Made by a program: the position numbers and the translations under genes
Shown: positions 28,289-37,304 of the stretch, in pieces
Layout: each line of letters begins with the position of its first letter
How positions within the stretch are numbered: position 1 is the first letter of the stretch
Notes under the pieces: generated by a model
Told to the model about the DNA's origin: nothing
Seen by the model: only the letters and a program-made list of their open reading frames with translations
Database searches by the model: none
Source of the DNA: an uncultured bacterium
Lineage (GTDB): Bacteria; Patescibacteriota; Patescibacteriia; Patescibacteriales; UBA12465
Length of the DNA: 45,689 bases
Reading direction: 5' to 3'
Assembly: GCA_937983635.1 (NCBI GenBank)
Contig: CALJZR010000001.1
Coordinates: 1 to 45,689 of the forward strand

Positions 28289-28933
28289 ATGTCTGATCAC
28301 CTTGAAGATCAACCAAAAAATGAGACTCATTCCTCATTTTTTAAAAGTTTGCCCAAACCGCAGCGAGCCGCTTTTTTATTTTTATCGGCCCTGAGTTTGG
28401 GCGTTCTTGTTTTATGGCTCTGGCAGTTCAACGCTCGCCTTTCTCGGCCTTTTCGCGTACCTGATACTGGCCAAAAAGAAGTGGCGGTTGACACTAGCGA
28501 TTTTGAAGCGGCTTTAATTAGTTTAGATTCTGATGGCGACGGTTTGACTGATATAGAAGAACGGAGCTTATACGCTTCTTCCCCTTATTTAGAAGATTCC
28601 GATAGTGACGGTATTGATGACCGCACTGAAGTAGAAAGCGGCAGCGATCCCAATTGTGCCGCTGGCCAAGATTGCGGTGCCGCTACCGCCCCGGCAATCA
28701 CTCCAATTATTGCCAGCTCCACCACCATTGATGTTGAACCTGAAGTTGGCGCCGATAGTGGCGATGAAACTGATCTACAGGCGATGATGGCGGGGCAAGC
28801 CAGCGCCGCCCAACTCCGCGCCATGCTTTTAGATAGCGGCGCTAACGCTGACATGATTAACCAGCTTAGCGATGAAGAATTACTCAAGACCTATCAAGAA
28901 ATGTTAGCCGAGCAGGGGACTGCGGCCCAATAA
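28289..28933 (+). CDS. Membrane-anchored protein with thrombospondin type-3-like calcium-binding repeats
   Basis: The ATG at 28289 (MSDHLED...) is preferred over the TTG at 28250. It has one TM (AAFLFLSALSLGVLVLWLW) and two acidic loops, DSDGDGLTDIEE and DSDSDGIDDRTE (28526-28630). It ends 22 nt before the giant gene. Confidence 0.7.
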   Translation: MSDHLEDQPKNETHSSFFKSLPKPQRAAFLFLSALSLGVLVLWLWQFNARLSRPFRVPDTGQKEVAVDTSDFEAALISLDSDGDGLTDIEERSLYASSPYLEDSDSDGIDDRTEVESGSDPNCAAGQDCGAATAPAITPIIASSTTIDVEPEVGADSGDETDLQAMMAGQASAAQLRAMLLDSGANADMINQLSDEELLKTYQEMLAEQGTAAQ

Positions 28934-28955
28934 AATATTTATTATTTTGTAGATA

Positions 28956-31900
28956 ATGTCTGTGAAAATTATGAATAAGCGATTTAATTTTTTAGCCAAT
29001 CGGCAAAAATTAGGGGCAGTGGCGATTTTAGCCGTCATCATTGGCTCTTTATTTTTAATCTCACCGCAGTCAGCGCAAGCGCAGATGGTGACAGCCGACA
29101 CTCAGACTGTTTCTCAGACTTTTATGCAAAAAGTTTGGGATTTTTTAAAGAAAGCTTATGAAAAAGGCGGCGCCTCGGCTTTTCAAAAAACAGTCAGAAC
29201 GGCTTTGAATAAAATTGCTTACGATACCGCTACGGCTCTTGGTTCTGGCGGCGAAGGTCAGCAGCCTTTATTTGTTACTAAAGACTGGGGAGAGTATCTT
29301 ACTCAAATTGGCGATGAAGCGGCCGGTTCTTTTATTGAAGACGCGGTTAATAATTGGAATGATGCCGATTGGGATAGTACGGGTAAGGGGAGCGCGAAAA
29401 ATGAAGAATGTACAGCCTCTTATGAAACCTGTGCTCGTGGCACCTTTAATACGGTAACTCGAGAATGGGAGGGCGGCTGTGATATTATCCAAAATTCCCA
29501 AGAGGCGGCTGAGTGTGAAAAAAAGTGCCAATCGGCGCTTTTGCAATGCGGGGGAGTAGTTACCGGCGCCGATGGGGTCACCGCCCCTAAAAGCAGCCGA
29601 ACTATCGCCGTTTGCCAACCCTCTTCCATTTCTGCCAAATTAACCATCGCCATGGGCTTGGTTGATTATAATCGCCCCGCAGCCCCTAATTGTACCGCCT
29701 CTGCTTTAGTGGAAAATTGGGATAGCTATGTTGATCGCATGACTGCTTTTAAAGAAGATGACTTTTTGGATAAGTTTGCCGGTATCTTCAATCCTGTTTC
29801 CAATGATCTCGGTATTTACATGGCCTTGCGGACAGATATGACCCAGAAGATGGCTACTTCTGTTGATACTTCCAAATTAAAATTAAATGCGGATAAGGGT
29901 TGGCTGGATATCCGCGATATTGCCGGCAATCCCAAAGGCATGCCTGGTGATGCTGCTACTCAGGCAGAGATGTCTAAGCAGGGCTATGTTAATAACATGG
30001 CCTCATTTTCCGGCGACGCTTTAATTGATGCCGCTAACGTCTTTTTAAATCAATTAGCTTTAACTGCCTTTAATCGTTACATGAGCAAACTGGGAGAAAA
30101 GACTCCTGATTCGGTTAGTATTAACAATCCCACTTCTGATCCGAAAATTGGTTATAGTGAGGTGGCGGTCAGGGAGAGTGCTGCTCAGATAATAGAACCC
30201 GACTTTACCGTCCGGGCTGACTACGACATTTTGTCTTCTCTCAGTATGTGCCGCGATCGCAACAATCCTGGCCCGGCCGAATGCGTCATTGATGATAAAC
30301 TGATGCAGGGAATTGTGGAGAAAAAAACAGTCGCGGAAGCGGCTAAAGAAGGCTATCTTCATAAGGAGTGGCTCTTTACTGCTGATTTTCGTGAGGGTTC
30401 TTATAGTCTGAGAAATTTGCAAATCATGCGCAAGTACCGCATTGTTCCTTTGGGCTGGGAAGTGGCGGCCAGTGCTAATAAAACAGCAACTCTAGTAGAT
30501 TTAATGTCCTGTTTCAGTAATTCCGATTCTTATAATGAATATACTTCTAACTTTGATATTAGAAATCAAGCTTGGTGTCGCGGTTTGGTTGATCCTAATT
30601 GGGTTTTGAAGGCGCCTCTAAATTATTGTGCTAAACAAGGTTACAGTGCTCAGATTCTTAATACTTCGGTTATTCCCAGTGTTGACGGTAATGGCAATGC
30701 GGCGGACACAATCCAAATCACCCGCGCTGAAGATTATTGCGCCGATGATAAAACTTGTATTAAAGAGAAGGCCGATGGTAGTTGCGAAGCTTATGGTTAT
30801 TGTCAGTCTGAGCGGCGCACTTGGAATTTTGATTCTAAATCTTGCCAACCGATTAATAATACCTGTAGCTCTTTGATTAATGTCAGCTCTAACCAGAAAG
30901 TGGCTTATTTGGAAAATACCTTAGATTATGCCAATTGTAATGCAGATACGGTTGGTTGCAAACGTTATTCTTTAATTGGCTCTTATGCTACTTCCACCGG
31001 TCAAGTCTCTTGGTCTCCTAATCCTACTGTTAATGCTTATTTTAATAATAAATTAGGTTCCTGTTCTTCGGCTGACGAGGGTTGTAAAGAAGTGATGCGG
31101 GTAAAACCGGGCTGGGGCTCAAACTTAATTATGGGCGCCGATTTTGCTAATGATAAGGTCGGCGATTCCTTGGCTAATAGCTTGATTAATAATTATTGGC
31201 CGGTCTGGTCTACTGGTAATCGCGCCGCCAGCATTATTGACGCTTCGACTCTTGGAAGCGGTTCAGTGGGTAAGGCGATCTTATTAGAATCTACGGGTAA
31301 TGTCGCTAGCACCACCATCGGACTTTATTCCGATAATGCTGTTTCTCTAATTCCTGATAATCTTAATATTCTTTCTGGAGAAACCTATACTCTGAGTGCC
31401 GATGTTTATTTAATTGAAGGCGACAAAGTTCATGTGGTCTTGGGTAATGATTATTTAGCAGCAGCTGAGACGATTGATAAAAATGCTTGGCGCCATGTGT
31501 CTGTTACTCGGAGTTTAAAGGAAAAGCCTTTGTCAGAAATGTCTTTCTCGGTGGTGGGTTATAGCACTGGTTCTCAAGTGCGTTTTGCTGTTCGCAATCT
31601 TAAGTTAGAGATGACTTCTTGGGATTCCGGCTTCTCGATTTACGGGGCTTATAAGGTTTATGAAAAGATTATTCCTCCTTATTTAGCTGAAGCCTGTTAT
31701 ATCAACACCAATCCCAGTAGTCCTGATTATCGTTTGCGTCCAGACGCTCCGGCTGTTTGTAATAATTTTGCTCGTCAGTGTAACCGTGATGAAGCTGGTT
31801 GCGAAAGCTATAAAGAGAATAGCACCGGTTTTACTGTAGCCGCTCAAGCGGTTTCCTCAGATTATTGCGATGCTTCTTGCGATGGTTATGATTTATATGT

Positions 31901-34900
31901 TTCCCGGGCTAATTATTTCTACTCTCCTTTTGCCGAAAAGATTATCCCGAAAAATAGCCGCTCCTGCAGTGCTGATGCGGTTGGTTGCAGTGAGTTTACT
32001 AATTTAGATGAAGTAGCGGCTGGTGGCGAAAAGAGAGAATACTATACTCAGTTGAAGCAATGTATTAAGCCCGGACCAAGCTGTGCCGATTTTTATACTT
32101 GGGAAGGGACGGAAGAAAGCGGTTATCAGCTTAAATCTTTGGTCTTAAAAAAAGATGATGCTGGCGACCCGGCCGTTACCGCTGATGATTCTCAGCTTTG
32201 TAGCGAAGCCATTTTCAACTTGCCGCCGAGCGACCCGGGCTTTAATCCTGATTGTAAACAATTTTATAATAAAGCGGGGGCGATTTCTTATCACTTAAGC
32301 GCCACCACTATCACCTGTTCGGATAATTGTCATAATTATCGCCTCTCCGAAAATAACGTTGATACTTCTATTACTCAAGCCCAGTGCAGTGGCATTGATC
32401 GTTTTTGGAGTGCTGCCTCTTCTGCTTGTTTCGTGTGTAAAAATGGTGGCGTTTGGAATGCTGAATATAATGCTTGTATTTATCAAGCAATTCCTAACGA
32501 AGGCATTAAATGTTCGGCCGCTCAAAACGGTTGCCGGGAGTATAACGGCAGTCTGGGCAATAACGTGAAGATGGTTGAAGCTTATAGTTTTGAGAATGGT
32601 ACCGATGGCTGGAAAGGCCAGTGTGGTGATGATGCCCGCAGTTCCGCTGTCGCTAATGTCAATAACGGTAAGTCGTTATTATATGATCGCGGCTCCAATT
32701 ACGGCAACGTTAATGTTCAAACAGAGTGTATCCAAAATAATAATGTAAGCTTTTTTGATAAATTTTTTGGCAGTGCTAACGCCGCTCCGGCTTCCTATAT
32801 CAAGCAAGTCGTTGGTCGTAACGTTTCTCAGGGCAATTCTTATAGCCTGAAGTTTACCGCCAGCGCTCCCTTGGATGCCAACGTCAGTTTTGCTTTCTTA
32901 AGCAGTCAGGATGAAATCGTCTATTTTAACGCCAGCGAAGGCGATATTACCGGTAAAATTACTATTTCTGGAAATAGCGAATGGCGAACGTATGAATTGA
33001 GCCTGCCTGAACTTAATCATAAAGTTGATGGTGATGAGTCTTTGATTATTATTTCTGATCGTGATTTCTTCTTGGATAACATTGTTTTAACGGAAATTCG
33101 CGATCGTTATTATTTAATAAAAAATACGAGCGAAGTGCCGGATGTTTGTTACTATGATATGCTGGATAATTATCAGGGAGCTGACTATAATCTCGGTTGC
33201 TCTTTGTATAATGACCGATCCGGCAATAATCATTATTTGCGCCAATTTAGCCGCCTTTGTCAGGAATCAGCTGTTGGTTGTGAGTTGATGGTGGATACCG
33301 CTAATTATGATGATTATAAGCCTGCGGTCTGGCACGATGATAATAATAATGGTGTTTGCGACTCCAACGAGACGGAATGCGTATCTGTGGCTGGGGACCG
33401 TTTCTTTTATGCAATTTATGACGAAAGCCGTCGTTGCAATAAAGCTGATTTAGGTTGCTCCCGTTTAGGAGAATCATCCTCATCTGGCTCCAACTTAGAT
33501 TGGAGCGATGTCTTTAAGCGCAATAACCCTAATAACTATAGTCAGTCATTATGCGCTGCTGCTGATGCCGGTTGCGAAGCTTGGCAATATACTGATGGCA
33601 GCGGACTTACTTATTTCAAAAATCCTGGCAATAACGCCTGTGTTTATCGGACTAGCACTAATCCCGATAAGCCGGGTAAGGCTTGGTATAAAGTGCCGGT
33701 TACTCGGTGTGATTTGAATAGTAATGGTAGCATTGATGGTACGGAAAAAAGCTTGGATATTTGTAAAACTGCCGATGATTGTGCTGGCGGTCGCCCTTGT
33801 TTAGTGGATAATAATGATTATGATTGTTCCGTTTCCTATTTTAAGACTGTCGGTTTTGGCGGCGGTGGCAATCAAGTTCCTGTGCCTTCCTTGGCAGCTG
33901 GTTTGTGTGAATCAGCTAGTTCTGGCTGTACGGAATATATTGATCCGGTAAGCACTTTCTCTTCCAACGTGGTTTATAATCCCCTTACGGAGATGAGCGC
34001 TAATGGTCAGTATTTAGGCTGGGAAATGGTTAATGGTTCCCGCCAACAAGATTTAACGCTTGAGCCGAACAAGCTTTATATTTTTTCGGTAGGCTATAAT
34101 GTTGCCAGCACCACTATTAATAATGATGTAATTATTAATTTTCCTTCCGGAGTATCACTTCTTCAAGAAGATAATAATTTCAGCACCGTAGCGAGTACAA
34201 GTTTGCGCATCCCCAGTACTCAGCCGAACAAACGCTTTATTTTCCATTCTCGTGGCAATATTGAAGCGACCGTTATTGGTGGCTGGCTTGGGCATGAAGT
34301 TATTTTAAGGGAGGCAATTATTGATTATCAGTTCCGTCAGAATGTTGATAAGACCACCTGTAATGGCATTGTAAATTTTGATAATGGTTGCGTTTTGTTT
34401 AATGAGCGCTCGGTTAATGGTGGAGCCGGACTACTTTCTTTGAGCGGCGGTTGGAACGCGGCTGCCAGCGTTGACGGACAGTCGCCTGCTAGTTGTTCTG
34501 CCGGTAATTGTAGCGCTAATAGGTTGGTAAAAGTTCGACCTAATCGCGTGTGCGCTTCTTGGCTGGACTGTTTAACTTATGCGGTGGATCCGGAAACTAA
34601 TCAGCGCACCTGTTATGCTTTAGGCGAGTGCAATAGTTTAAATGATAATAATGAATGCGCTAATTTTGTTAGATCATCTAATCAAATCTTAGCTTCTTCT
34701 AGTTTTGATATTACTAAGCGTGATGGTTATTCGGTCCTAAATAAATTGAATCTTTCGGGCATGAGAGAGGTTGGTCTTAATACTGAGGCTCATTATGACT
34801 TTGAAGATGCTAGCCCAAATATAACTTGCAAGTTGGTCTCTAATAGTACTTCCACTTGTGCTTTTGATAATGGGATTGTCGCTGATAGCATTATTGACAG

Positions 34901-37199
34901 TCCGACTAAGGCACCTACGGATTATCCAGCAGAAGGCAAAGCTTATTTGCGCGTAATGGGCGGTCAAATGATTTCACCTCACTCTTCTAATGCGCCTATT
35001 TCTATACAAAAAGGTCAAGATTATTATTTGAATTTTTTGGTTAATACTAAGGGCTCTGGGGTTGATGCCAAGGTTTGGTTATATAATGCCATTAATGGTA
35101 ATTTAATTACTTCTGCGACTTTTAGTTCTGTTAATGGTTGGGAGCGTCGAGTATTGAGGATTCCTGGCGCTAGTCTCAGCGCTGTTGATTCTATTAGAAT
35201 TTATTTTGGTGCTAATACGAACGCTAGGGATGAACGCTATGTTTATTTTGATGATATCAATATTGAGCCTGTGCTCCAGGTAGCTGGTGATAATGGCGTT
35301 AATAGTTATATTGCTAAAGAGTGTCGTCTCTATCCAACTCAAGATGCCACCTCTTGTACTAGTAAAAATAGCCAGGTTGTTAGTGATGGCTTAGTTGGTT
35401 ATTGCTTGCAGCATGACTTAGCCAATAAGAATGTCTGCTTGCTGTGGTATCCGATTGATCAAATTAGTGCGGCCTCGAAGTCAGCTCGTTCTAATCTTGG
35501 TTATCAAGGCGCCTATCCTCTTAATTATTGTACGGAAGCTAATGGTAATTTTAATCTGGTTAAAAAGGTTGTATTAAAAGTAATATACAAAAGAGGGGAT
35601 CATAGTAATGACGGCAACGGTGGTTATATAAATAGTAATAGCGATGGTTATACTGAAATTAATGCGGCTATTTGTGGAGACGCAATTAATTATCGAGCAA
35701 TAGTCACAAATAGAAAAGAAAACTGGAATTATGAAACTATATATTGCGTCCCTAGAGCTGGCACTAATGTTGTGATTTCCGGACCATCAACCAATATTGA
35801 ATTTTATGGCAACGTTTTGTCTTGGACTTGGGTAAAATATAATAGAATAGTTTCTGTGCCTGTTATCAATTGTACTTGTGGTTCAGACAATGATGCTTGT
35901 CCAGATGATTGCAGTCCTATTGATGAGATAAAAAATGCCGAGCCGCCCATTAGAGTTTTTGACTATGATCACCCCACGGTTGATGAATATCAATTAAAAC
36001 TTATTTCCTCTATTGATGAAGAAGAGGTTTATTATCCAACCTGTAACCGTTTTACTCAGGTTGTAGATGCGGCGGGAAATAATAAAGCTTGGGCCGGAAG
36101 AACTAGTAAGTCTAGCATTTATCCTTATGAGACTCCTGCTTTTTTCCGTGACGCCTCTAATTATTACGGACCAGCTTGTTACATTCCAGGGGAATGTATT
36201 GAAACTTGTGAATGTGGCACTCATTGCGATTGTGACTATGGGGCAGAATATTGTTCCGCTCCTTGTGGTATACCTGGTGATTGTTATGAATATGCTCCTG
36301 ATCAAGTTGTCCCTTGTGGTACCCCCGGTTCTTTACAGGATTCTAGCGCCTTTAATTTTACAAAATATGGGCGTCTACGTGATTTAGTTCCTTTTGGCGC
36401 CGCTACTTTCCCCGATGATTTTAATATTTTTGCGGCCGATGAGCCTATCATGTTCCGTAGTCAGAATTCCAGCAAATTAGACCAAAAGGTTTTTGCTGGT
36501 CGTCCTTATAGCTGTCAAGGCCTTGGCTGTGCTAATATTGGCTATTGTAGCTTAAACCCCCAGGTAATCTGTTTATTGGACAATACTGTTAGCTCTAGTA
36601 CCTCCTTAGTTAATCAGAGGTCTTGCGGTAGCGCTAATGGCACCTGCCTACCTTTATGGAACGCCTCTAAATTCACCTATACCTTCTATCCGGAGAATAT
36701 TTTAAAGAATGTTTTCTTAAAATCTTTTGCTGGATATAAATACAGTTCTAGTACTAACGCTTATATTATTGATGCCGCTCCCGGCTATAGCCAGCCTGCT
36801 GCTGTCGGTGGCTCTTACAATCCGGGCTTGTGTACGTCTGACAGTGCTCATTATTCCTCCAACGATTCCAGTTATTCGACTTATTGGTGCGGTGTAAAGC
36901 CGAAAATTAGCAATGTGAGATTAAACGGAATCCTCTCTACCAGCACGGGCATGTTTGATGTTTCTAAGCCAGGAATTTATACCCTCACATTCAATACGGC
37001 CGTTGACGTTGAACAACAACCTTTGCGGGAGTTAATTGTTGATTGGGGTGATAACTCTATGCAGAGCCTGGTAAATCAAGACCATCGTCCCGATGTTAAT
37101 AATCCTTATAAACTTTATCATTATTACCAGGGCGGTGCTGGTGTGTTGAAGATTGGCATCAAAGTTACCGATAATTGGGGATTTTATGCGAATTATTAG
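28956..37199 (+). CDS. Giant (2747 aa) secreted/anchored cysteine-rich surface protein (putative adhesin)
   Basis: This is an uninterrupted 8.2-kb ORF. It has an N-terminal signal/anchor (LGAVAILAVIIGSLFLISPQSAQA), many Cys, nine C-x5-G-C motifs, three jelly-roll/CBM-like modules and a C-terminal PKD-like module. Confidence 0.9.
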   Translation: MSVKIMNKRFNFLANRQKLGAVAILAVIIGSLFLISPQSAQAQMVTADTQTVSQTFMQKVWDFLKKAYEKGGASAFQKTVRTALNKIAYDTATALGSGGEGQQPLFVTKDWGEYLTQIGDEAAGSFIEDAVNNWNDADWDSTGKGSAKNEECTASYETCARGTFNTVTREWEGGCDIIQNSQEAAECEKKCQSALLQCGGVVTGADGVTAPKSSRTIAVCQPSSISAKLTIAMGLVDYNRPAAPNCTASALVENWDSYVDRMTAFKEDDFLDKFAGIFNPVSNDLGIYMALRTDMTQKMATSVDTSKLKLNADKGWLDIRDIAGNPKGMPGDAATQAEMSKQGYVNNMASFSGDALIDAANVFLNQLALTAFNRYMSKLGEKTPDSVSINNPTSDPKIGYSEVAVRESAAQIIEPDFTVRADYDILSSLSMCRDRNNPGPAECVIDDKLMQGIVEKKTVAEAAKEGYLHKEWLFTADFREGSYSLRNLQIMRKYRIVPLGWEVAASANKTATLVDLMSCFSNSDSYNEYTSNFDIRNQAWCRGLVDPNWVLKAPLNYCAKQGYSAQILNTSVIPSVDGNGNAADTIQITRAEDYCADDKTCIKEKADGSCEAYGYCQSERRTWNFDSKSCQPINNTCSSLINVSSNQKVAYLENTLDYANCNADTVGCKRYSLIGSYATSTGQVSWSPNPTVNAYFNNKLGSCSSADEGCKEVMRVKPGWGSNLIMGADFANDKVGDSLANSLINNYWPVWSTGNRAASIIDASTLGSGSVGKAILLESTGNVASTTIGLYSDNAVSLIPDNLNILSGETYTLSADVYLIEGDKVHVVLGNDYLAAAETIDKNAWRHVSVTRSLKEKPLSEMSFSVVGYSTGSQVRFAVRNLKLEMTSWDSGFSIYGAYKVYEKIIPPYLAEACYINTNPSSPDYRLRPDAPAVCNNFARQCNRDEAGCESYKENSTGFTVAAQAVSSDYCDASCDGYDLYVSRANYFYSPFAEKIIPKNSRSCSADAVGCSEFTNLDEVAAGGEKREYYTQLKQCIKPGPSCADFYTWEGTEESGYQLKSLVLKKDDAGDPAVTADDSQLCSEAIFNLPPSDPGFNPDCKQFYNKAGAISYHLSATTITCSDNCHNYRLSENNVDTSITQAQCSGIDRFWSAASSACFVCKNGGVWNAEYNACIYQAIPNEGIKCSAAQNGCREYNGSLGNNVKMVEAYSFENGTDGWKGQCGDDARSSAVANVNNGKSLLYDRGSNYGNVNVQTECIQNNNVSFFDKFFGSANAAPASYIKQVVGRNVSQGNSYSLKFTASAPLDANVSFAFLSSQDEIVYFNASEGDITGKITISGNSEWRTYELSLPELNHKVDGDESLIIISDRDFFLDNIVLTEIRDRYYLIKNTSEVPDVCYYDMLDNYQGADYNLGCSLYNDRSGNNHYLRQFSRLCQESAVGCELMVDTANYDDYKPAVWHDDNNNGVCDSNETECVSVAGDRFFYAIYDESRRCNKADLGCSRLGESSSSGSNLDWSDVFKRNNPNNYSQSLCAAADAGCEAWQYTDGSGLTYFKNPGNNACVYRTSTNPDKPGKAWYKVPVTRCDLNSNGSIDGTEKSLDICKTADDCAGGRPCLVDNNDYDCSVSYFKTVGFGGGGNQVPVPSLAAGLCESASSGCTEYIDPVSTFSSNVVYNPLTEMSANGQYLGWEMVNGSRQQDLTLEPNKLYIFSVGYNVASTTINNDVIINFPSGVSLLQEDNNFSTVASTSLRIPSTQPNKRFIFHSRGNIEATVIGGWLGHEVILREAIIDYQFRQNVDKTTCNGIVNFDNGCVLFNERSVNGGAGLLSLSGGWNAAASVDGQSPASCSAGNCSANRLVKVRPNRVCASWLDCLTYAVDPETNQRTCYALGECNSLNDNNECANFVRSSNQILASSSFDITKRDGYSVLNKLNLSGMREVGLNTEAHYDFEDASPNITCKLVSNSTSTCAFDNGIVADSIIDSPTKAPTDYPAEGKAYLRVMGGQMISPHSSNAPISIQKGQDYYLNFLVNTKGSGVDAKVWLYNAINGNLITSATFSSVNGWERRVLRIPGASLSAVDSIRIYFGANTNARDERYVYFDDINIEPVLQVAGDNGVNSYIAKECRLYPTQDATSCTSKNSQVVSDGLVGYCLQHDLANKNVCLLWYPIDQISAASKSARSNLGYQGAYPLNYCTEANGNFNLVKKVVLKVIYKRGDHSNDGNGGYINSNSDGYTEINAAICGDAINYRAIVTNRKENWNYETIYCVPRAGTNVVISGPSTNIEFYGNVLSWTWVKYNRIVSVPVINCTCGSDNDACPDDCSPIDEIKNAEPPIRVFDYDHPTVDEYQLKLISSIDEEEVYYPTCNRFTQVVDAAGNNKAWAGRTSKSSIYPYETPAFFRDASNYYGPACYIPGECIETCECGTHCDCDYGAEYCSAPCGIPGDCYEYAPDQVVPCGTPGSLQDSSAFNFTKYGRLRDLVPFGAATFPDDFNIFAADEPIMFRSQNSSKLDQKVFAGRPYSCQGLGCANIGYCSLNPQVICLLDNTVSSSTSLVNQRSCGSANGTCLPLWNASKFTYTFYPENILKNVFLKSFAGYKYSSSTNAYIIDAAPGYSQPAAVGGSYNPGLCTSDSAHYSSNDSSYSTYWCGVKPKISNVRLNGILSTSTGMFDVSKPGIYTLTFNTAVDVEQQPLRELIVDWGDNSMQSLVNQDHRPDVNNPYKLYHYYQGGAGVLKIGIKVTDNWGFYANY
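31131..31610 (+). other. Jelly-roll / carbohydrate-binding-module-like segment 1 of the giant protein
   Basis: The pattern ...GKAILLESTGN...YTLSADVYLIEGDKVHVVLGN...WRHVSVT...VRFAVRNLKLE resembles CBM_4_9/laminin-G-like modules. This is pattern recognition only. Confidence 0.4.
32583..33098 (+). other. Jelly-roll / CBM-like segment 2
   Basis: YSFENGTDGWKG...GKSLLYDRG...SYSLKFTASAP...EWRTYELSL...FFLDNIVLTEI is the classic F-E-x-G-x-x-GW start and F-x-D-[DN]-I-x-L end of CBM-type sandwiches. Confidence 0.5.
34791..35273 (+). other. Jelly-roll / CBM-like segment 3
   Basis: HYDFEDASP...GKAYLRVMGG...GQDYYLNFLVNTKG...NGWERRVLRIPG...IRIYFGAN...YVYFDDINIEPV. Confidence 0.5.
36897..37196 (+). other. 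PKD-like Ig-fold module at the C-terminus of the giant protein
   Basis: ...PGIYTLTFNTAVD...LIVDWGDNS...YKLYHYY...LKIGIKVTDNWGF matches the PKD pattern (WDFGDG-like, HxY, VTD-x-G). Confidence 0.5.
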
Positions 37200-37226
37200 T
37201 ATTTATTTTTTCTCAGACTTTAACTA

Positions 37227-37255
37227 TTGACAATTCTTGGTTATTGTATTAAAAT
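37227..37255 (+). promoter_or_regulatory. Sigma70-like promoter candidate for the lipoprotein gene (TTGACA-17 bp-TAAAAT)
   Basis: TTGACA at 37227-37232, a 17-bp spacer, and TAAAAT at 37250-37255, about 50 nt upstream of the ATG at 37305. Confidence 0.45.
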
Positions 37256-37304
37256 AATTTAACTAGTTGTTTTAAAATTAATATCCACCTAAATACAGTG
37301 CGCC

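Noticed and set aside
29215-36387. About 14 short ORFs inside or antisense to the giant gene, for example 29215-29457, 29268-29618, 30060-30422, 30618-30876, 32295-32568, 33301-33717, 34737-35342 and 35994-36387.
   Set aside because: All are nested in one continuous 8.2-kb reading frame with coherent domain patterns. There is no evidence for nested genes.
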